DNA of 64,000 nucleotides. Source: Dehalococcoidia bacterium (GTDB lineage Bacteria > Chloroflexota > Dehalococcoidia > Bin125). Within the stretch, counting starts at the first letter, position 1; each line of letters begins with the position of its first letter. The stretch is from positions 2,183,462 to 2,247,461 of the forward strand of contig OZ241982.1 in NCBI GenBank assembly GCA_965204335.1. The letters are read 5' to 3'. The notes beneath the pieces are model-generated. The model was not told where the DNA came from, searched no databases, and saw nothing but the letters and a program-made list of their open reading frames with translations. Made by a program: the position numbers and the translations under genes. Positions 31,401 to 40,476 of this stretch are shown piece after piece.

Positions 31401-31790
31401 GAGGAGGACGCGGAAGCCGGCGAACAACGTCCCCGGCTCGGCGTCGACATCAAGGCCCAGCCGCCCGGCAAGCGCGTCTCGGCACTGGGCCTGCTCTCGG
31501 GCGGCGAGCGCGCCCTGACCGCAATCGCGCTGCTGTTCGCCTTGCTCGAAGTGCGTCCGGCGCCGTTCTGCATTCTCGATGAGGTCGACGCCGCACTCGA
31601 CGAGGCAAACGTCGAGCGTTTCGTTGCCGCGCTGCAGGAACGCGCCTCGAAGACGCAGTTTGTCGTCATCACGCACAACCGGCGCACGATTGAACAGGCG
31701 GACAGCATCTACGGCGTCACGATGGGGGCGGCCGGAGTCAGTCGCTTACTCAGCGTCCGCGTCGACGAAGTGCCCACTGCAGGCAGCTAA
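28449..31790 (+). CDS. smc: chromosome segregation protein SMC
   Basis: 1113 aa; N-terminal Walker A GPNGSGKSN, long coiled coils, C-terminal LSGGERALTAIALLFAL...DEVDAALD. Confidence 0.95.
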   Translation: MTRLRAVDLHGYKSFAARTSLHFDEPVTAIVGPNGSGKSNVMDALRWAIGAGAGRALRTRRAEDVVFSGGRDRAASGFAEVRVEFDNGDRWLDLDAAEVEIVRRVHRDGQSEVRVNGRVARLRDVQDLFRNSGLGSGGFALMSQGLVDEMLRLRPHERRQAIEEVGGVRQHRHQMEESRRRRLRAQEHLDRARLLRDELAPRLRSLERSARRARRLGELQRQLEESQQRYFAAAAAESEHELLVRHEAAQSAEAARSDAERRRDEATDALAAVEREAALARRTVDESAARLSAARSQLRTLEHQQELDQQQCSWLSREVSDLSGRMQSERSTVSDGSLEAVQDSLARANRALAEARSRRDRLERDQASASARHRRAQSDERSARSDARRLVRHWKAVNAQSDLTAGELAQAEHAARRSQARLQASEQELERSQRELSTAREQFEEQQRKRSSISRRIEQIVSQIEALEQRQAPADTLRRIVQEQIKDAALADAIFGELMDASLHDSLDEAIDAARAGLEADAGRVSTIEAGRATDLVNSLIASVEFVDRIEEARQAAAEGRTAVTPAGIVVRPDGVVQAGGSQPGARRMREQLSELRTEQQQIRLLLEQLPDEREAREKLRELEASIVVATAEVDAQRSSASEAVASFELARRRRSSTIAELRSARATAAQVRSTLERARRDVNQTALALRDASSQRPIDVSVLEQERDRLAAELAEARAQRAAHERTRADRARLSSLRRELDAVESNIREREPELERAASIASDTDQLDAARQHLELLSERRTQAAAELERLQQARLIAERRAIEASADLREVESARARLAAEAAAEGIDLNALHRAAQSAFDLNGAGHQSGNGSANGSSNGMAHTGRRAQTAVAVAAPSVAELRDAVMEARAKLQRLGPVDPGAAHEFEAEQARWQGIETQIADLEDTELSLREAERDLELLIERRFREACRRVDEAFQQYFQLMFRGGKAELVLTEDSAGSEEDAEAGEQRPRLGVDIKAQPPGKRVSALGLLSGGERALTAIALLFALLEVRPAPFCILDEVDAALDEANVERFVAALQERASKTQFVVITHNRRTIEQADSIYGVTMGAAGVSRLLSVRVDEVPTAGS

Positions 31791-31847
31791 CGGGATCAAC
31801 ATGACTCCATTACGTGCCGCGATCGCATCTGCCGTAACCTGCTAGCC

Positions 31848-32513
31848 ATGGATTTCGTACACGCCGTCTGGACGCCCGCCGGACCCGGGCCGCACCCCAC
31901 CCTGATCGCGCTGCACGGACACGGCGCGCATTGCCAGGATCTCGCTCCGCTGGCTCCCATGCTGGCCGAAGGCCAACTCCAGGTGATCTGCCCGCAGGCG
32001 GAGTTCCGCCTCGAGGGAGCGCCGTATTCCTATGCGCCGATGTTCACCTGGATGCGGCGCGGCCCCAACGATCGCCCGTTGGATGGAGAACTGGCGCGAG
32101 TCGCCGGCGCCCTGTCCGGATTCATTGACCTGGCGTGCGAGCGCTACAGCGTCGACCGCGAGCGCGTCGCCCTGCTCGGATTCTCCCAGGGCGGTTCGCT
32201 CGCGTATCGGCTGGCCCTGAGCGAGCCGCAGCGCTGGCGAGGCGCGGCAATGCTCTCCACCTGGCTGTCCGACGAGGCGGCCGACGATGTCCACCTTGAC
32301 GCGCCGGATCTACCCCTCCTGGTCCAGCACGGCACGAACGACCCGCTGGTCGAGATCGACCGCGGCCGCAACTCCCGTGACCGACTGCAGGCGATGCGGA
32401 TGAACCTGGACTATCGCGAGTACCCGATGCAGCATGAGATCGGCCAGCAGAGCCTGCACGACCTTTCCGCCTGGCTCGCCGAGCGATTGCTCAGCGATGG
32501 ATCGGGCAACTGA
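31848..32513 (+). CDS. alpha/beta hydrolase (phospholipase/carboxylesterase family)
   Basis: LLGFSQGGSLA nucleophile elbow; HGTNDPLV. Confidence 0.7.
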   Translation: MDFVHAVWTPAGPGPHPTLIALHGHGAHCQDLAPLAPMLAEGQLQVICPQAEFRLEGAPYSYAPMFTWMRRGPNDRPLDGELARVAGALSGFIDLACERYSVDRERVALLGFSQGGSLAYRLALSEPQRWRGAAMLSTWLSDEAADDVHLDAPDLPLLVQHGTNDPLVEIDRGRNSRDRLQAMRMNLDYREYPMQHEIGQQSLHDLSAWLAERLLSDGSGN

Positions 32514-33505
32514 TGGTCCGCCTCTTCCGACGCCTGCGGCGTGACACCGACTCAGAGCCGGACGAAGTCGAGGCGCAGGAAGTCCGCGACGAGTACCGCC
32601 GCAGCGTTGCCAACACCAGGCGCGGGCAGCTGGGCGCGCTCAAGCGTGTCTTCTCCCGCTCGCGCGTTGATGAGGACTTCTGGGAGGAGCTCGAGGAGAC
32701 GCTCATCCTCGGAGACGTCGGCGGCGCGACCTCGGCCCAGTGGGTCGAGGAACTGCGGGAGGAGTCCCGAGGACTCGACGCTTCCTCCGTCCGCGGACTC
32801 TTGCGTGACCGCATGATTGACGGGTTGGAGCGTCCACAGACCGATGGTGCGCTGTGGAGCGCGAAGAACGGCGTCGGTTCGCCGGCCGCGCCGCATGTCG
32901 TGCTGGTCGTCGGCGTCAACGGCGCCGGCAAGACCACGTCGATCGCCAAGCTCGCGCACGCCTACCAACAGGAGGGCAAGTCGGTCATCCTCGCCGCGGC
33001 CGATACCTTCCGCGCTGCCGCAATCGAGCAACTGCAGACCTGGGGCGAGCGGATCGATGCGCCGGTTGTTGCCCATCAGCCGGGCTCCGATCCCGGCGCC
33101 GTCGCCTATGACGCCATCGAGTCGGCGCTGGCCAGAGCGGCCGACATCGTGCTGATCGACACCGCCGGCCGCTTGCAGACCCAGCGAAATCTGATGGCCG
33201 AGTTGGGCAAGGTCCGACGCGTGGTCGAGTCGAGACACGCCGGCGCGCCGCACGAGGTGCTGCTCGTGATCGACGCAACGAGCGGACAGAACGGACTCAG
33301 CCAGGCGCGTCAGTTCTCGCAGGCCACCGGAGTGACCGCCGTCTGCCTGGCCAAGCTGGACGGCACCAGCAAGGGCGGCATCGTCTTCGCGATCGCGGAG
33401 GAACTCGGCATCCCCGTGCGCTTCGCCGGCACCGGCGAACGGCTCGGCGACATCGCGCCGTTCGATGCCCCGGCGTTCGTCGACGCACTGCTGTCCGACG
33501 ACTAG
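32513..33505 (+). CDS. ftsY: signal recognition particle receptor FtsY
   Basis: Acidic N-terminus followed by an NG domain ([39 protein letters not shown]); conserved rnc-smc-ftsY neighbourhood. Confidence 0.9.
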   Translation: MVRLFRRLRRDTDSEPDEVEAQEVRDEYRRSVANTRRGQLGALKRVFSRSRVDEDFWEELEETLILGDVGGATSAQWVEELREESRGLDASSVRGLLRDRMIDGLERPQTDGALWSAKNGVGSPAAPHVVLVVGVNGAGKTTSIAKLAHAYQQEGKSVILAAADTFRAAAIEQLQTWGERIDAPVVAHQPGSDPGAVAYDAIESALARAADIVLIDTAGRLQTQRNLMAELGKVRRVVESRHAGAPHEVLLVIDATSGQNGLSQARQFSQATGVTAVCLAKLDGTSKGGIVFAIAEELGIPVRFAGTGERLGDIAPFDAPAFVDALLSDD

Positions 33506-33531
33506 TCTCGACATAACTTGAGGAGGCGGAC

Positions 33532-34599
33532 GTGTTGAGCCAACTGCTGAGTATGGGCCCGCGTCGGCTGTTCGCGATCAGCCTGGTGCTCGGCGGCGCA
33601 CTGCTCGCCGTCCTGTTGATCGTCCTCTGGCAGCTTGGAATCTTCGACAGTCCCCCGCCGCCCGCCGCTCTCCAGTCGGCCGTTGAGTCGATCCGCGAGG
33701 AGCAGCAGCAAGAGGAGGCGGAGACATCCGCCGAAGACTCCCGGCAGCAGCAAACCGCCGATCAGGAGCAGACCGTGGCCGCGGACCAGGAGGAGCCCGG
33801 GCAGCCGCAAGCGGCCCAGAGGGAGGACCAACCGGAGCAACAGGACGAACAACAGCAATCTGCGGACGCCTACGGCTACGGGTCGCAGGAGCAGCAGGAC
33901 GAACAGTCGCAACCCGTCAACGAGCAGCCGGCTCAGCCGGAGTCTCAACAGCAGGCCCAACAACAGGTCCAACAACAGACCCAACAACAAGCAACGCAGG
34001 ATTCGGCCCAGGACTCACAACAACAGCAGCAGGTCATGACCCCTGAAGAGCCGACCCTGGAGGAGCTGGCCGGCACCTGGACGATCTCCGAACGCGGCGT
34101 CTCGTTCGTCGGCTACCGGATCGGCGAGGAACTGGCGAACATCGGAACGGCCACCGCGGTGGGCCGCACCAGCGACATCGTGGCAACGCTCGAATTCGAC
34201 GGCGTCATGATTACCTCGGTCACCATCGAAGCGGACCTGCGCACCCTGCGGAGCGACCAGGGGTTCCGCGACGGCGCCCTCCGCACCCGCGGCCTCGAAT
34301 CAGACACCTTCCCGTTCGCCACCTTCGTCCTGGTTGAGCCGATCCCGATCGATGCGCTTCCCGTCGGAGACGAAACGTTGAGCGTCACGGTCAGCGGCAC
34401 GCTCAATCTGCACGGCGTGACGAACCCGGTCAGCATCTCGCTGCAGGGCCAGTACGTGGATGGTCTCGTGGTGGTCGCCGGCTCAACCGAGATCGTGCTG
34501 ACCGACTATGACATCGAAGCGCCCACGGGATTCCGCGTGTTGTCGATCGACGAGGTCGGGATCATGGAGTTCGAGCTCGTCCTCGAACGGGCGCCGTAG
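33532..34599 (+). CDS. membrane-anchored YceI-like domain protein with a ~115-aa Gln/Glu-rich low-complexity linker
   Basis: N-terminal TM helix, a CAG/GAG-rich linker, and a C-terminal YceI-like beta-barrel (GTWTISERGVSFVGYRI ... LNLHGVTNPVSI). Confidence 0.7.
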   Translation: MLSQLLSMGPRRLFAISLVLGGALLAVLLIVLWQLGIFDSPPPPAALQSAVESIREEQQQEEAETSAEDSRQQQTADQEQTVAADQEEPGQPQAAQREDQPEQQDEQQQSADAYGYGSQEQQDEQSQPVNEQPAQPESQQQAQQQVQQQTQQQATQDSAQDSQQQQQVMTPEEPTLEELAGTWTISERGVSFVGYRIGEELANIGTATAVGRTSDIVATLEFDGVMITSVTIEADLRTLRSDQGFRDGALRTRGLESDTFPFATFVLVEPIPIDALPVGDETLSVTVSGTLNLHGVTNPVSISLQGQYVDGLVVVAGSTEIVLTDYDIEAPTGFRVLSIDEVGIMEFELVLERAP

Positions 34600-34673
34600 T
34601 CCGTCATTGGACCGACATCTGGTCGTTATGTGGGCTTCGAGGCCATTGCGCGAACATAACCTGCATAGTGCGA

Positions 34674-35000
34674 TCATGAAGCGCGATCGGCATCTGCCCG
34701 CAGTGAGGCCAGGTCGAACTTGAGATTCCCGAACGAGTCCTGCTCGACGTTGGCGATCTCACCCTCCGCATCCAGGTGGCCGATGATCTGGAAGAGGTCG
34801 AGTCGCCGCAGGTCCTCCCCCGAATGTTCCATCAGCATCGTGACCGAGATGCGTTCTCGCCGGCCCAGTCGCTGAGCTTCGTCCAGCAGCGCGCGGCGGA
34901 CCGTCGCGACATCGGCCATGGTGGCCTGTTCCGCTTGCGTTGCCTCACGCACTTCGTTCAGCGCGGAGAACCTTCGCTTCAACCCGTCAAACAGACCCAT
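34674..35000 (-). CDS. hypothetical protein
   Basis: 108-aa coding-like ORF (MGLFDGLKRRFSALNEV...); overlaps the upstream gene by 14 nt. Confidence 0.4.
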   Translation of the reverse strand: MGLFDGLKRRFSALNEVREATQAEQATMADVATVRRALLDEAQRLGRRERISVTMLMEHSGEDLRRLDLFQIIGHLDAEGEIANVEQDSFGNLKFDLASLRADADRAS

Positions 35001-35586
35001 GACCGTCCTCCTGGTCCTGTGTCCGGCCATCCGCCAGCGCCTGTGCGATGAGACTCATGCCGTCGGAATGTCCATCCGCAAGGTCGGCCATTCTCGCGTC
35101 AACGACTCCGGCCAGGCGCCACAACGTGGTCAGCAAGGTCGCCGCGGTCGACCAATCGTCGTCGGTTGCCGGCAGCTCGTCGAGCGGAGCGTAACCGTAG
35201 GCCAGGATCACCGCCCGGCGGCCGTCCATCGCATCGGACTCGGCGCCGAACTCTTCGATCACCGCTTCAAACTCGTAGTCGGCATGCTCCAATTCGTTCC
35301 TCGCCAGCCGGACGATCCCGTGAACGATCCGCGAGTCGACGTCGTACGGACGCTCGCTGGCGGCGGCGAACCCGCGCTCGAAGGCCGCTTCAAGGTTGCC
35401 CTCGAACACGGCGATCCACGCCCGCTGAACGTCGTTATGTCCTGTCGCGAGCGCTGCGCTTCTGCGAATGTCTCGGACCGCCGCGCCTGCCCGTAGCAAC
35501 GCTTCCGCGCTGGAGAGATACTCCGCGTCGCGCTCCGCGACGCCCCCGTCGGAGCGTCTCCAGGGCAGTCGATCCAGAAAGCTCAT
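34987..35586 (-). CDS. hypothetical protein
   Basis: ATG 35586 (MSFLDRLPWRRSDGG...), about 200 aa, helical composition; ORF-track upstream extension discounted. Confidence 0.45.
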   Translation of the reverse strand: MSFLDRLPWRRSDGGVAERDAEYLSSAEALLRAGAAVRDIRRSAALATGHNDVQRAWIAVFEGNLEAAFERGFAAASERPYDVDSRIVHGIVRLARNELEHADYEFEAVIEEFGAESDAMDGRRAVILAYGYAPLDELPATDDDWSTAATLLTTLWRLAGVVDARMADLADGHSDGMSLIAQALADGRTQDQEDGHGSV

Positions 35587-35620
35587 CGGTCGATCTCCAC
35601 CGAATTGATAGCGTAGTGGC

Positions 35621-36853
35621 GTGAGTGCAGACGCCCCGATCCGGCACATCATCCACGCCGACATGGACGCCTTCTTCGCGTCCGTCGAGCAGCGTGATCG
35701 TCCCGAATTGCGCGGCAAGCCGGTGCTCGTCGGCGGCTCTCCTCAGAGCCGAGGTGTGGTCGCCGCAGCATCGTATGAGTCTCGGGTGTACGGCTGCCGT
35801 TCGGCGATGCCGATGCGGACTGCGGTGCGTCTCTGTCCCCATGCAGAGATTGTGCGGCCCCGGTTTTCTCGCTACCGCGAGGTCTCCGCTCAGGTGATGT
35901 CGATCCTGCGAGATGTCTCGCCGCTGGTTGAGCCGCTGTCGGTCGACGAAGCGTTCGTCGATGTCACGCAACGAGTCGCAGACGGCGCCACTCCGGCGGA
36001 ACTGGGCCAGTGGATACGCGAGCGAGTCAAGCGCGAGACCGAACTCACCGTCTCCTGTGGCGTGGCGACCAGCAAATCGGTCGCCAAGATCGCGTCCGAC
36101 CGGCAGAAGCCCGACGGTTTGACCGTCGTCGCGCCGGGCGGCGAGGCCGCCTTCCTCGCCCCGCTCCCAATCTCCGACCTCTGGGGCGTCGGACCGAAGA
36201 CCTCCGATCGCCTTCGCGCGGCGGGCATCGAGACCGTCGGCGACCTCGCCGAGCGGCCGCTGGCCTGGCTGATCGATCGGTTCGGCTCGCGGGGCGAGTG
36301 GTTCTGGCAGCTCGCCAGAGGCATCGACGACCGCAGCGTCTCCCTTCAGCACGAATCGAAATCAATCTCCTCGGAGACCACGTTTGCCGAGGACATCGGC
36401 GACGAAGCCAGACTGCGGTCCATGGCATCCGATCAGGCGGGCAGCGTGGCCAGGCGCCTGGCGGAGCAGGGTTACCGCGCCCGCACCGTTCAGATCAAGC
36501 TTCGACTCTCCGACTTCACGACCTTCACCCGCCAGCGGACGCTCTCCAGCCCCACGACCGATCGCGAGACCATCGAGCAGACCGCGTTGGCCCTCCTTGG
36601 CGAGCAGCTCTCGCCCGCGCGGCGCTTTCGCCTGATCGGCGTTGGCGTGTCGGGACTCGAGCACCGACCGGTCGCGTCGCAGCTCTCGCTGTTCGACCGC
36701 TCGGGGCAGCCGGCGGCCGAGCCGCCCCAGTCGACAGCCCGGCGCGAGCGGCAACGCGCGGTCGACGATGCGGTGCGAGACCTGAATCAGAAGTTCGGCG
36801 GCGATATCGTGCACTTCGGTCCGGAATCGGGATCGACCAGGAGGACTCCATGA
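35621..36853 (+). CDS. dinB: DNA polymerase IV
   Basis: Y-family motifs IIHADMDAFFASVE, VGGSPQ, SVDEAFVDVT. Confidence 0.9.
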   Translation: MSADAPIRHIIHADMDAFFASVEQRDRPELRGKPVLVGGSPQSRGVVAAASYESRVYGCRSAMPMRTAVRLCPHAEIVRPRFSRYREVSAQVMSILRDVSPLVEPLSVDEAFVDVTQRVADGATPAELGQWIRERVKRETELTVSCGVATSKSVAKIASDRQKPDGLTVVAPGGEAAFLAPLPISDLWGVGPKTSDRLRAAGIETVGDLAERPLAWLIDRFGSRGEWFWQLARGIDDRSVSLQHESKSISSETTFAEDIGDEARLRSMASDQAGSVARRLAEQGYRARTVQIKLRLSDFTTFTRQRTLSSPTTDRETIEQTALALLGEQLSPARRFRLIGVGVSGLEHRPVASQLSLFDRSGQPAAEPPQSTARRERQRAVDDAVRDLNQKFGGDIVHFGPESGSTRRTP

Positions 36854-37536
36854 TGCACCCGCGCGACGCGGCGGTGGTTTCGTTCGACTGTTACGGCACA
36901 TTGATCGACTGGCATTCGGGAGCCAGGGCCGCTGTCGAGGCGATTCCGGAACTGTCCGGCGTGGATCGCGATGCGCTGATCGCCCGGCGGATCGAGGTCG
37001 AGCTGGAGGTCGAGCACGAATACTACCGACCGTACGACCAGGTGCTCGCGCTCTCCATCCAGCGCACCGCCGCCGACTTCGGCGTCCAACTGAACGACGA
37101 CACGGCTCGATCCTTCGCCGATTCGATCGGCGCCTGGCCCCCGTTCCAGGACGCCGGCGGTTTCCTCCGCCGACTGGCAACGGTCGGCACGCCGTTGGCC
37201 ATCCTGTCCAATGTCACCAGGCAGAGCCTCGGCGTCAGCGTGCGCAAACTTGGAGCGCGGTTCGACCAGCTTGTGACGGCGGAGGACGTGCGGAGCTACA
37301 AGCCCGACCACGATCACTGGCGAGCCCTCTACGACTCGCGCGGCATCTCCCCGGATCGGCAGCTGCATATCGCCGGATCGATCGCCCACGACATCCGGCC
37401 GGCCTCCCAACTCGGCGCAACGACCGTCTGGGTACGGCGCCATCACGAGCCGATCCCCGACGATGTCCAACCCGACCTGATCGTCCAGTCGCTCGCAGAA
37501 CTCGGCGACTACTGGCGACTCCACTACTCGCGGTAG
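36850..37536 (+). CDS. HAD-superfamily hydrolase (haloacid dehalogenase type II-like)
   Basis: Motif I VVSFDCYGTLIDW; the ATG at 36850 overlaps the dinB stop by 4 nt; upstream part of track ORF 36010..37536 is run-on. Confidence 0.8.
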   Translation: MMHPRDAAVVSFDCYGTLIDWHSGARAAVEAIPELSGVDRDALIARRIEVELEVEHEYYRPYDQVLALSIQRTAADFGVQLNDDTARSFADSIGAWPPFQDAGGFLRRLATVGTPLAILSNVTRQSLGVSVRKLGARFDQLVTAEDVRSYKPDHDHWRALYDSRGISPDRQLHIAGSIAHDIRPASQLGATTVWVRRHHEPIPDDVQPDLIVQSLAELGDYWRLHYSR

Positions 37537-37554
37537 CATCGACAGCGCAGGAGG

Positions 37555-37947
37555 TTGACCATGCAACTGACGCGGATGTACCAGGGCGACGACGGCACGT
37601 CCCATTTCGAGGACATTGAGATCGCGCTGAAGGAGTTCGACTTCGGAGCGTTCACGCGCAACCTTCGCCCCGATCACATGTCGTTCCGCATCTCCCAACC
37701 CGGTCTGGTCAACGACTGGCACAATGCCTCGGCCAAGACGATGATCATCGTGATTCAGGGTTCGGTGCAGACGGAGGTGTCGAGCGGCGACGTGCGCAGC
37801 TTCGGTCCCGGCGAGATCTGCTACGCCGAAGACGTCGAAGGCCCCGGTCATCTGACGACGGATCTGGAAGGTCCGCGCCTCAGTCTGATGGTCTTCCTGC
37901 CCGACGACTTCGACGTCCACCGCTGGGCGCGTTCATTCGACGAGTAA
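37555..37947 (+). CDS. small cupin-fold protein (paralog 1)
   Basis: 130 aa; beta-rich cupin-like sequence; paralogous to the next ORF (QLTRMYQGDDGTSHFEDIEIAL / QITRVYTGDDGESHFESIDIAL). Confidence 0.6.
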   Translation: MTMQLTRMYQGDDGTSHFEDIEIALKEFDFGAFTRNLRPDHMSFRISQPGLVNDWHNASAKTMIIVIQGSVQTEVSSGDVRSFGPGEICYAEDVEGPGHLTTDLEGPRLSLMVFLPDDFDVHRWARSFDE

Positions 37948-37969
37948 CTCAACGATCGGAGCGAAGGCC

Positions 37970-38344
37970 ATGCAAATCACCCGCGTCTACACCGGCGACG
38001 ACGGCGAGTCACACTTCGAGTCCATTGATATCGCCCTGACCGAGAGCCGCTACGGCAGCCTGTCCGACATGTTCGATGCCGAAGGCATTGTGTTCCGCAC
38101 CACGCCGGTCGGCGGCGAACTCGACTTTCACAACGCGCCCCGACGACAGTTCGTCGTCACCCTGAGCGGAACCGTCGAGATCGAGGTCGGGGACGGCTCC
38201 AAAGTGCAACTGCGCGGCGGCGACATCCTGCTCGCCGACGACGTCACCGGCCGCGGCCACATCACCCGGGATCTCGAAGGTCCCCGCCGCAGCCTCTTCA
38301 TTCCCCTGCCCGAAGACTTCGACGTAGACACCCTCCGCGCCTAG
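37970..38344 (+). CDS. small cupin-fold protein (paralog 2)
   Basis: 124 aa; tandem paralog of 37555..37947. Confidence 0.6.
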   Translation: MQITRVYTGDDGESHFESIDIALTESRYGSLSDMFDAEGIVFRTTPVGGELDFHNAPRRQFVVTLSGTVEIEVGDGSKVQLRGGDILLADDVTGRGHITRDLEGPRRSLFIPLPEDFDVDTLRA

Positions 38345-38375
38345 CACCATCTCCGATCCCCTCTTCCCCCGTTCC

Positions 38376-38422
38376 CTCTCCCCCCGCGCCAGCGGGGGGA
38401 GATGCCGCAGGCAGAGGGGGGG
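38376..38422 (+). repeat. GC-rich double-hairpin extragenic repeat, copy 1 (CTCCCCCCGC-GCCA-GCGGGGGGAG AT GCCGCAGGC AGAGGGGGG)
   Basis: A 10-bp perfect stem, then a TGCC/GGCA mini-hairpin, then a G-tract; lies 32 nt after the cupin stop in a convergent gap. Confidence 0.85.
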
Positions 38423-38453
38423 CCAGCACATCTGACCGCCCTTCCAGAGCCCC

Positions 38454-39032
38454 CTATCCCCCCACCTGCCCGCTCCAGCGCCAATAGTGATCGAACGCCG
38501 CGATCGTCAACGCGTGCGTGATCAGTTTGTCGTTGACCAGCCCGGGAATCTCCGAGAGCGGCACGGTCGAGACCTCGATCGCCTCGCTCGAGGTGCCCAC
38601 CACGTGATCGTCATCGACGACGCGCGTCACATCCTGCGCCAGGAACGACCAGCATCGATTCTCCTGCAGCGCGGGGTTCGGATGCACCCAGCCCAGTTCG
38701 ATGGCGTCCGGCGAGTGATATCCGGACTCTTCGAACATCTCCCGCATCGCCGCTTCCTTGGCCGACTCGCCCGGGTCGACGATTCCCCCGGGAATCTCGA
38801 GCGTCAATTCACGCGTGCCGTGGCGGAACTGGTTGACGAACACCACCTCGCGTTCGGGCGTGATCGGCATGATGTTGACCCAGTCCGGAAACTCGAAGAT
38901 GAAAAACCGATGGTCGCGGCCCGAAGTCGGGTGACGCGAGATGTCCCTGCGCAACTTGAAGAACCTGAAGTCCTCGATGATCTCCGAACTCAGCCGCCGC
39001 CAATCGTCAATCTTGCCGTCGAGGATGCTCAT
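38454..39032 (-). CDS. NUDIX hydrolase
   Basis: Nudix box GGIVDPGESAKEAAMREMFEESG. Confidence 0.85.
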   Translation of the reverse strand: MSILDGKIDDWRRLSSEIIEDFRFFKLRRDISRHPTSGRDHRFFIFEFPDWVNIMPITPEREVVFVNQFRHGTRELTLEIPGGIVDPGESAKEAAMREMFEESGYHSPDAIELGWVHPNPALQENRCWSFLAQDVTRVVDDDHVVGTSSEAIEVSTVPLSEIPGLVNDKLITHALTIAAFDHYWRWSGQVGG

Positions 39033-39952
39033 GTTGCTGTGTTGATCACCCGGGCATAGGTCTCGATCTTCAAGAGAGAGTCGAGCCCCGCGTCCTGGAA
39101 CTGCACCTCAAGGTTATCCAGCAACGTCGCCTTGTAGGCATCCACGTCAATACCCAGCGCCGCCACATCCCCTTTGATCCGGCGAAGGCCGAGCGCCACC
39201 GCACCGGCCAGCAGCAACTGGCTCTGCCAGATGTAGAACCGTCCCGTGTTGGGCAGCCGATCGATCAGTTGCGGCAGAATCGTGTGCAGGAAGTTGACGT
39301 GCCGCACCTCATCGCGCAGGATCAGGCGGAAAATCTGCTTGGCCAGGGGGTCGACATCGTCGAGCTCCAGCGCTTGCTGCAGGAACAGTGCGGCGAAATT
39401 CTCGCTGAACAGCGTTGACGTGAGCCAGTTCTCGACCCGGTAGAAGCCCCACGAGGCCATCCCGCCGAAGCGCTCGATCAGGAACGCTTCCGGCTTCGAG
39501 ATGAAGCCGTGGCCATTCACCTCGGTCAGATAGCGGTCCAGCACATACACGTGCCGCGCTTCGTCCTGGCACTGGGCGGCAAGGTAGAGGTTCAACGCCG
39601 GATCGCGGACCTGGTGGGTGGCCTGGCTCATCATCACCTGGATCGTGTCCAGGCCCATCACCTCGAGCCCGTGAAACACGTTCATCATCCGCAACCAGGG
39701 CCCGCGTTTCGACTCGGGTATGACCGAGCCCGCCGACCAGTCCACGTCGCGGTCCGCGTTCCAGAGACGATCGCTCTGCTGGCGGAAGAGCGTCCGGAAC
39801 GCGTCCGCCTGCTCCGCACTTCGATGAGGTCGGACGGCGTTTGGAGATCGCTTCATCTCGGCCGAGCCCCTTGCCTCCGCATATGCCCGATCATACCCAC
39901 CGCCCCTCGCCATCGTTCTCGTCATCGAACGCAGGCTGATCGTATACTGCAC
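39029..39952 (-). CDS. ferritin-like diiron-carboxylate protein (AurF/R2-like oxygenase family, putative)
   Basis: Two E...ExxH sites (QDEARHVYV; DEVRHVNFL); start codon uncertain. Confidence 0.55.
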   Translation of the reverse strand: MQYTISLRSMTRTMARGGGYDRAYAEARGSAEMKRSPNAVRPHRSAEQADAFRTLFRQQSDRLWNADRDVDWSAGSVIPESKRGPWLRMMNVFHGLEVMGLDTIQVMMSQATHQVRDPALNLYLAAQCQDEARHVYVLDRYLTEVNGHGFISKPEAFLIERFGGMASWGFYRVENWLTSTLFSENFAALFLQQALELDDVDPLAKQIFRLILRDEVRHVNFLHTILPQLIDRLPNTGRFYIWQSQLLLAGAVALGLRRIKGDVAALGIDVDAYKATLLDNLEVQFQDAGLDSLLKIETYARVINTAT

Positions 39953-39954
39953 GC

Positions 39955-40386
39955 ATGGCTGATGAGGGATTCGACCTGGAAGAGACGCTGCGCGCGCTGC
40001 GCGAGGCCGACGTGGTGGTCATTGGCTTCGGCTGGTTGCAGGAACGATTGCTGATCGATGGTCGCCGAAACGACTCCGAAGGACCCTACATCCGCGTCGT
40101 CGAGCCCGTCCGCTCGCCCCAGGATCGAATCCGCGAACTGAGAAAACTCCGACCCAGCTTCGACGACCCGGAGTCGTTCGTCTTCTTCCCCTGGGCCGGC
40201 CGCGTCGACTCATTCGTCGAGGCCGAGCTGTTTGAGCGCATCCTCGAGCGCTGCGCCGGTGATCCGACCGCTGAAGACGACGCGCGCGCCGCGCTCGGGC
40301 GTCTGTACGAGCTTGACCGCGAAGACATCAGGCAGGCGATCTCCGGCGGCGACAAGTACCACACCCTCTACGAGCGCACCTCCTGA
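39955..40386 (+). CDS. hypothetical protein
   Basis: 143-aa coding-like ORF divergent from the diiron gene. Confidence 0.45.
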   Translation: MADEGFDLEETLRALREADVVVIGFGWLQERLLIDGRRNDSEGPYIRVVEPVRSPQDRIRELRKLRPSFDDPESFVFFPWAGRVDSFVEAELFERILERCAGDPTAEDDARAALGRLYELDREDIRQAISGGDKYHTLYERTS

Positions 40387-40476
40387 CCCTCCGTTCGACC
40401 TCCGCGTCCTCCCGGCCCTCGTTATGTCACAATTGGCAAGTGTGTCCTGTTTGTCATAGGCTGCTCGCACCTATGT

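Noticed and set aside
33502-33990. 162-aa poly-Leu ORF on the minus strand
   Set aside because: It is an artefact of the CAG/GAG-rich repeat that encodes the Gln/Glu linker of the YceI-like protein on the plus strand.
40384-40476. In-frame TGA between hypothetical ORF 39955..40386 and small ORF 40477..40722, which could suggest a second Sec readthrough
   Set aside because: The 30 codons that follow are stop-free, as expected by chance at this GC content, and read as nonsense-like sequence (PSVRPPRPPGPRY...). There is no SECIS-like hairpin directly after the TGA and no redox motif, which is the opposite of the 63308 case.
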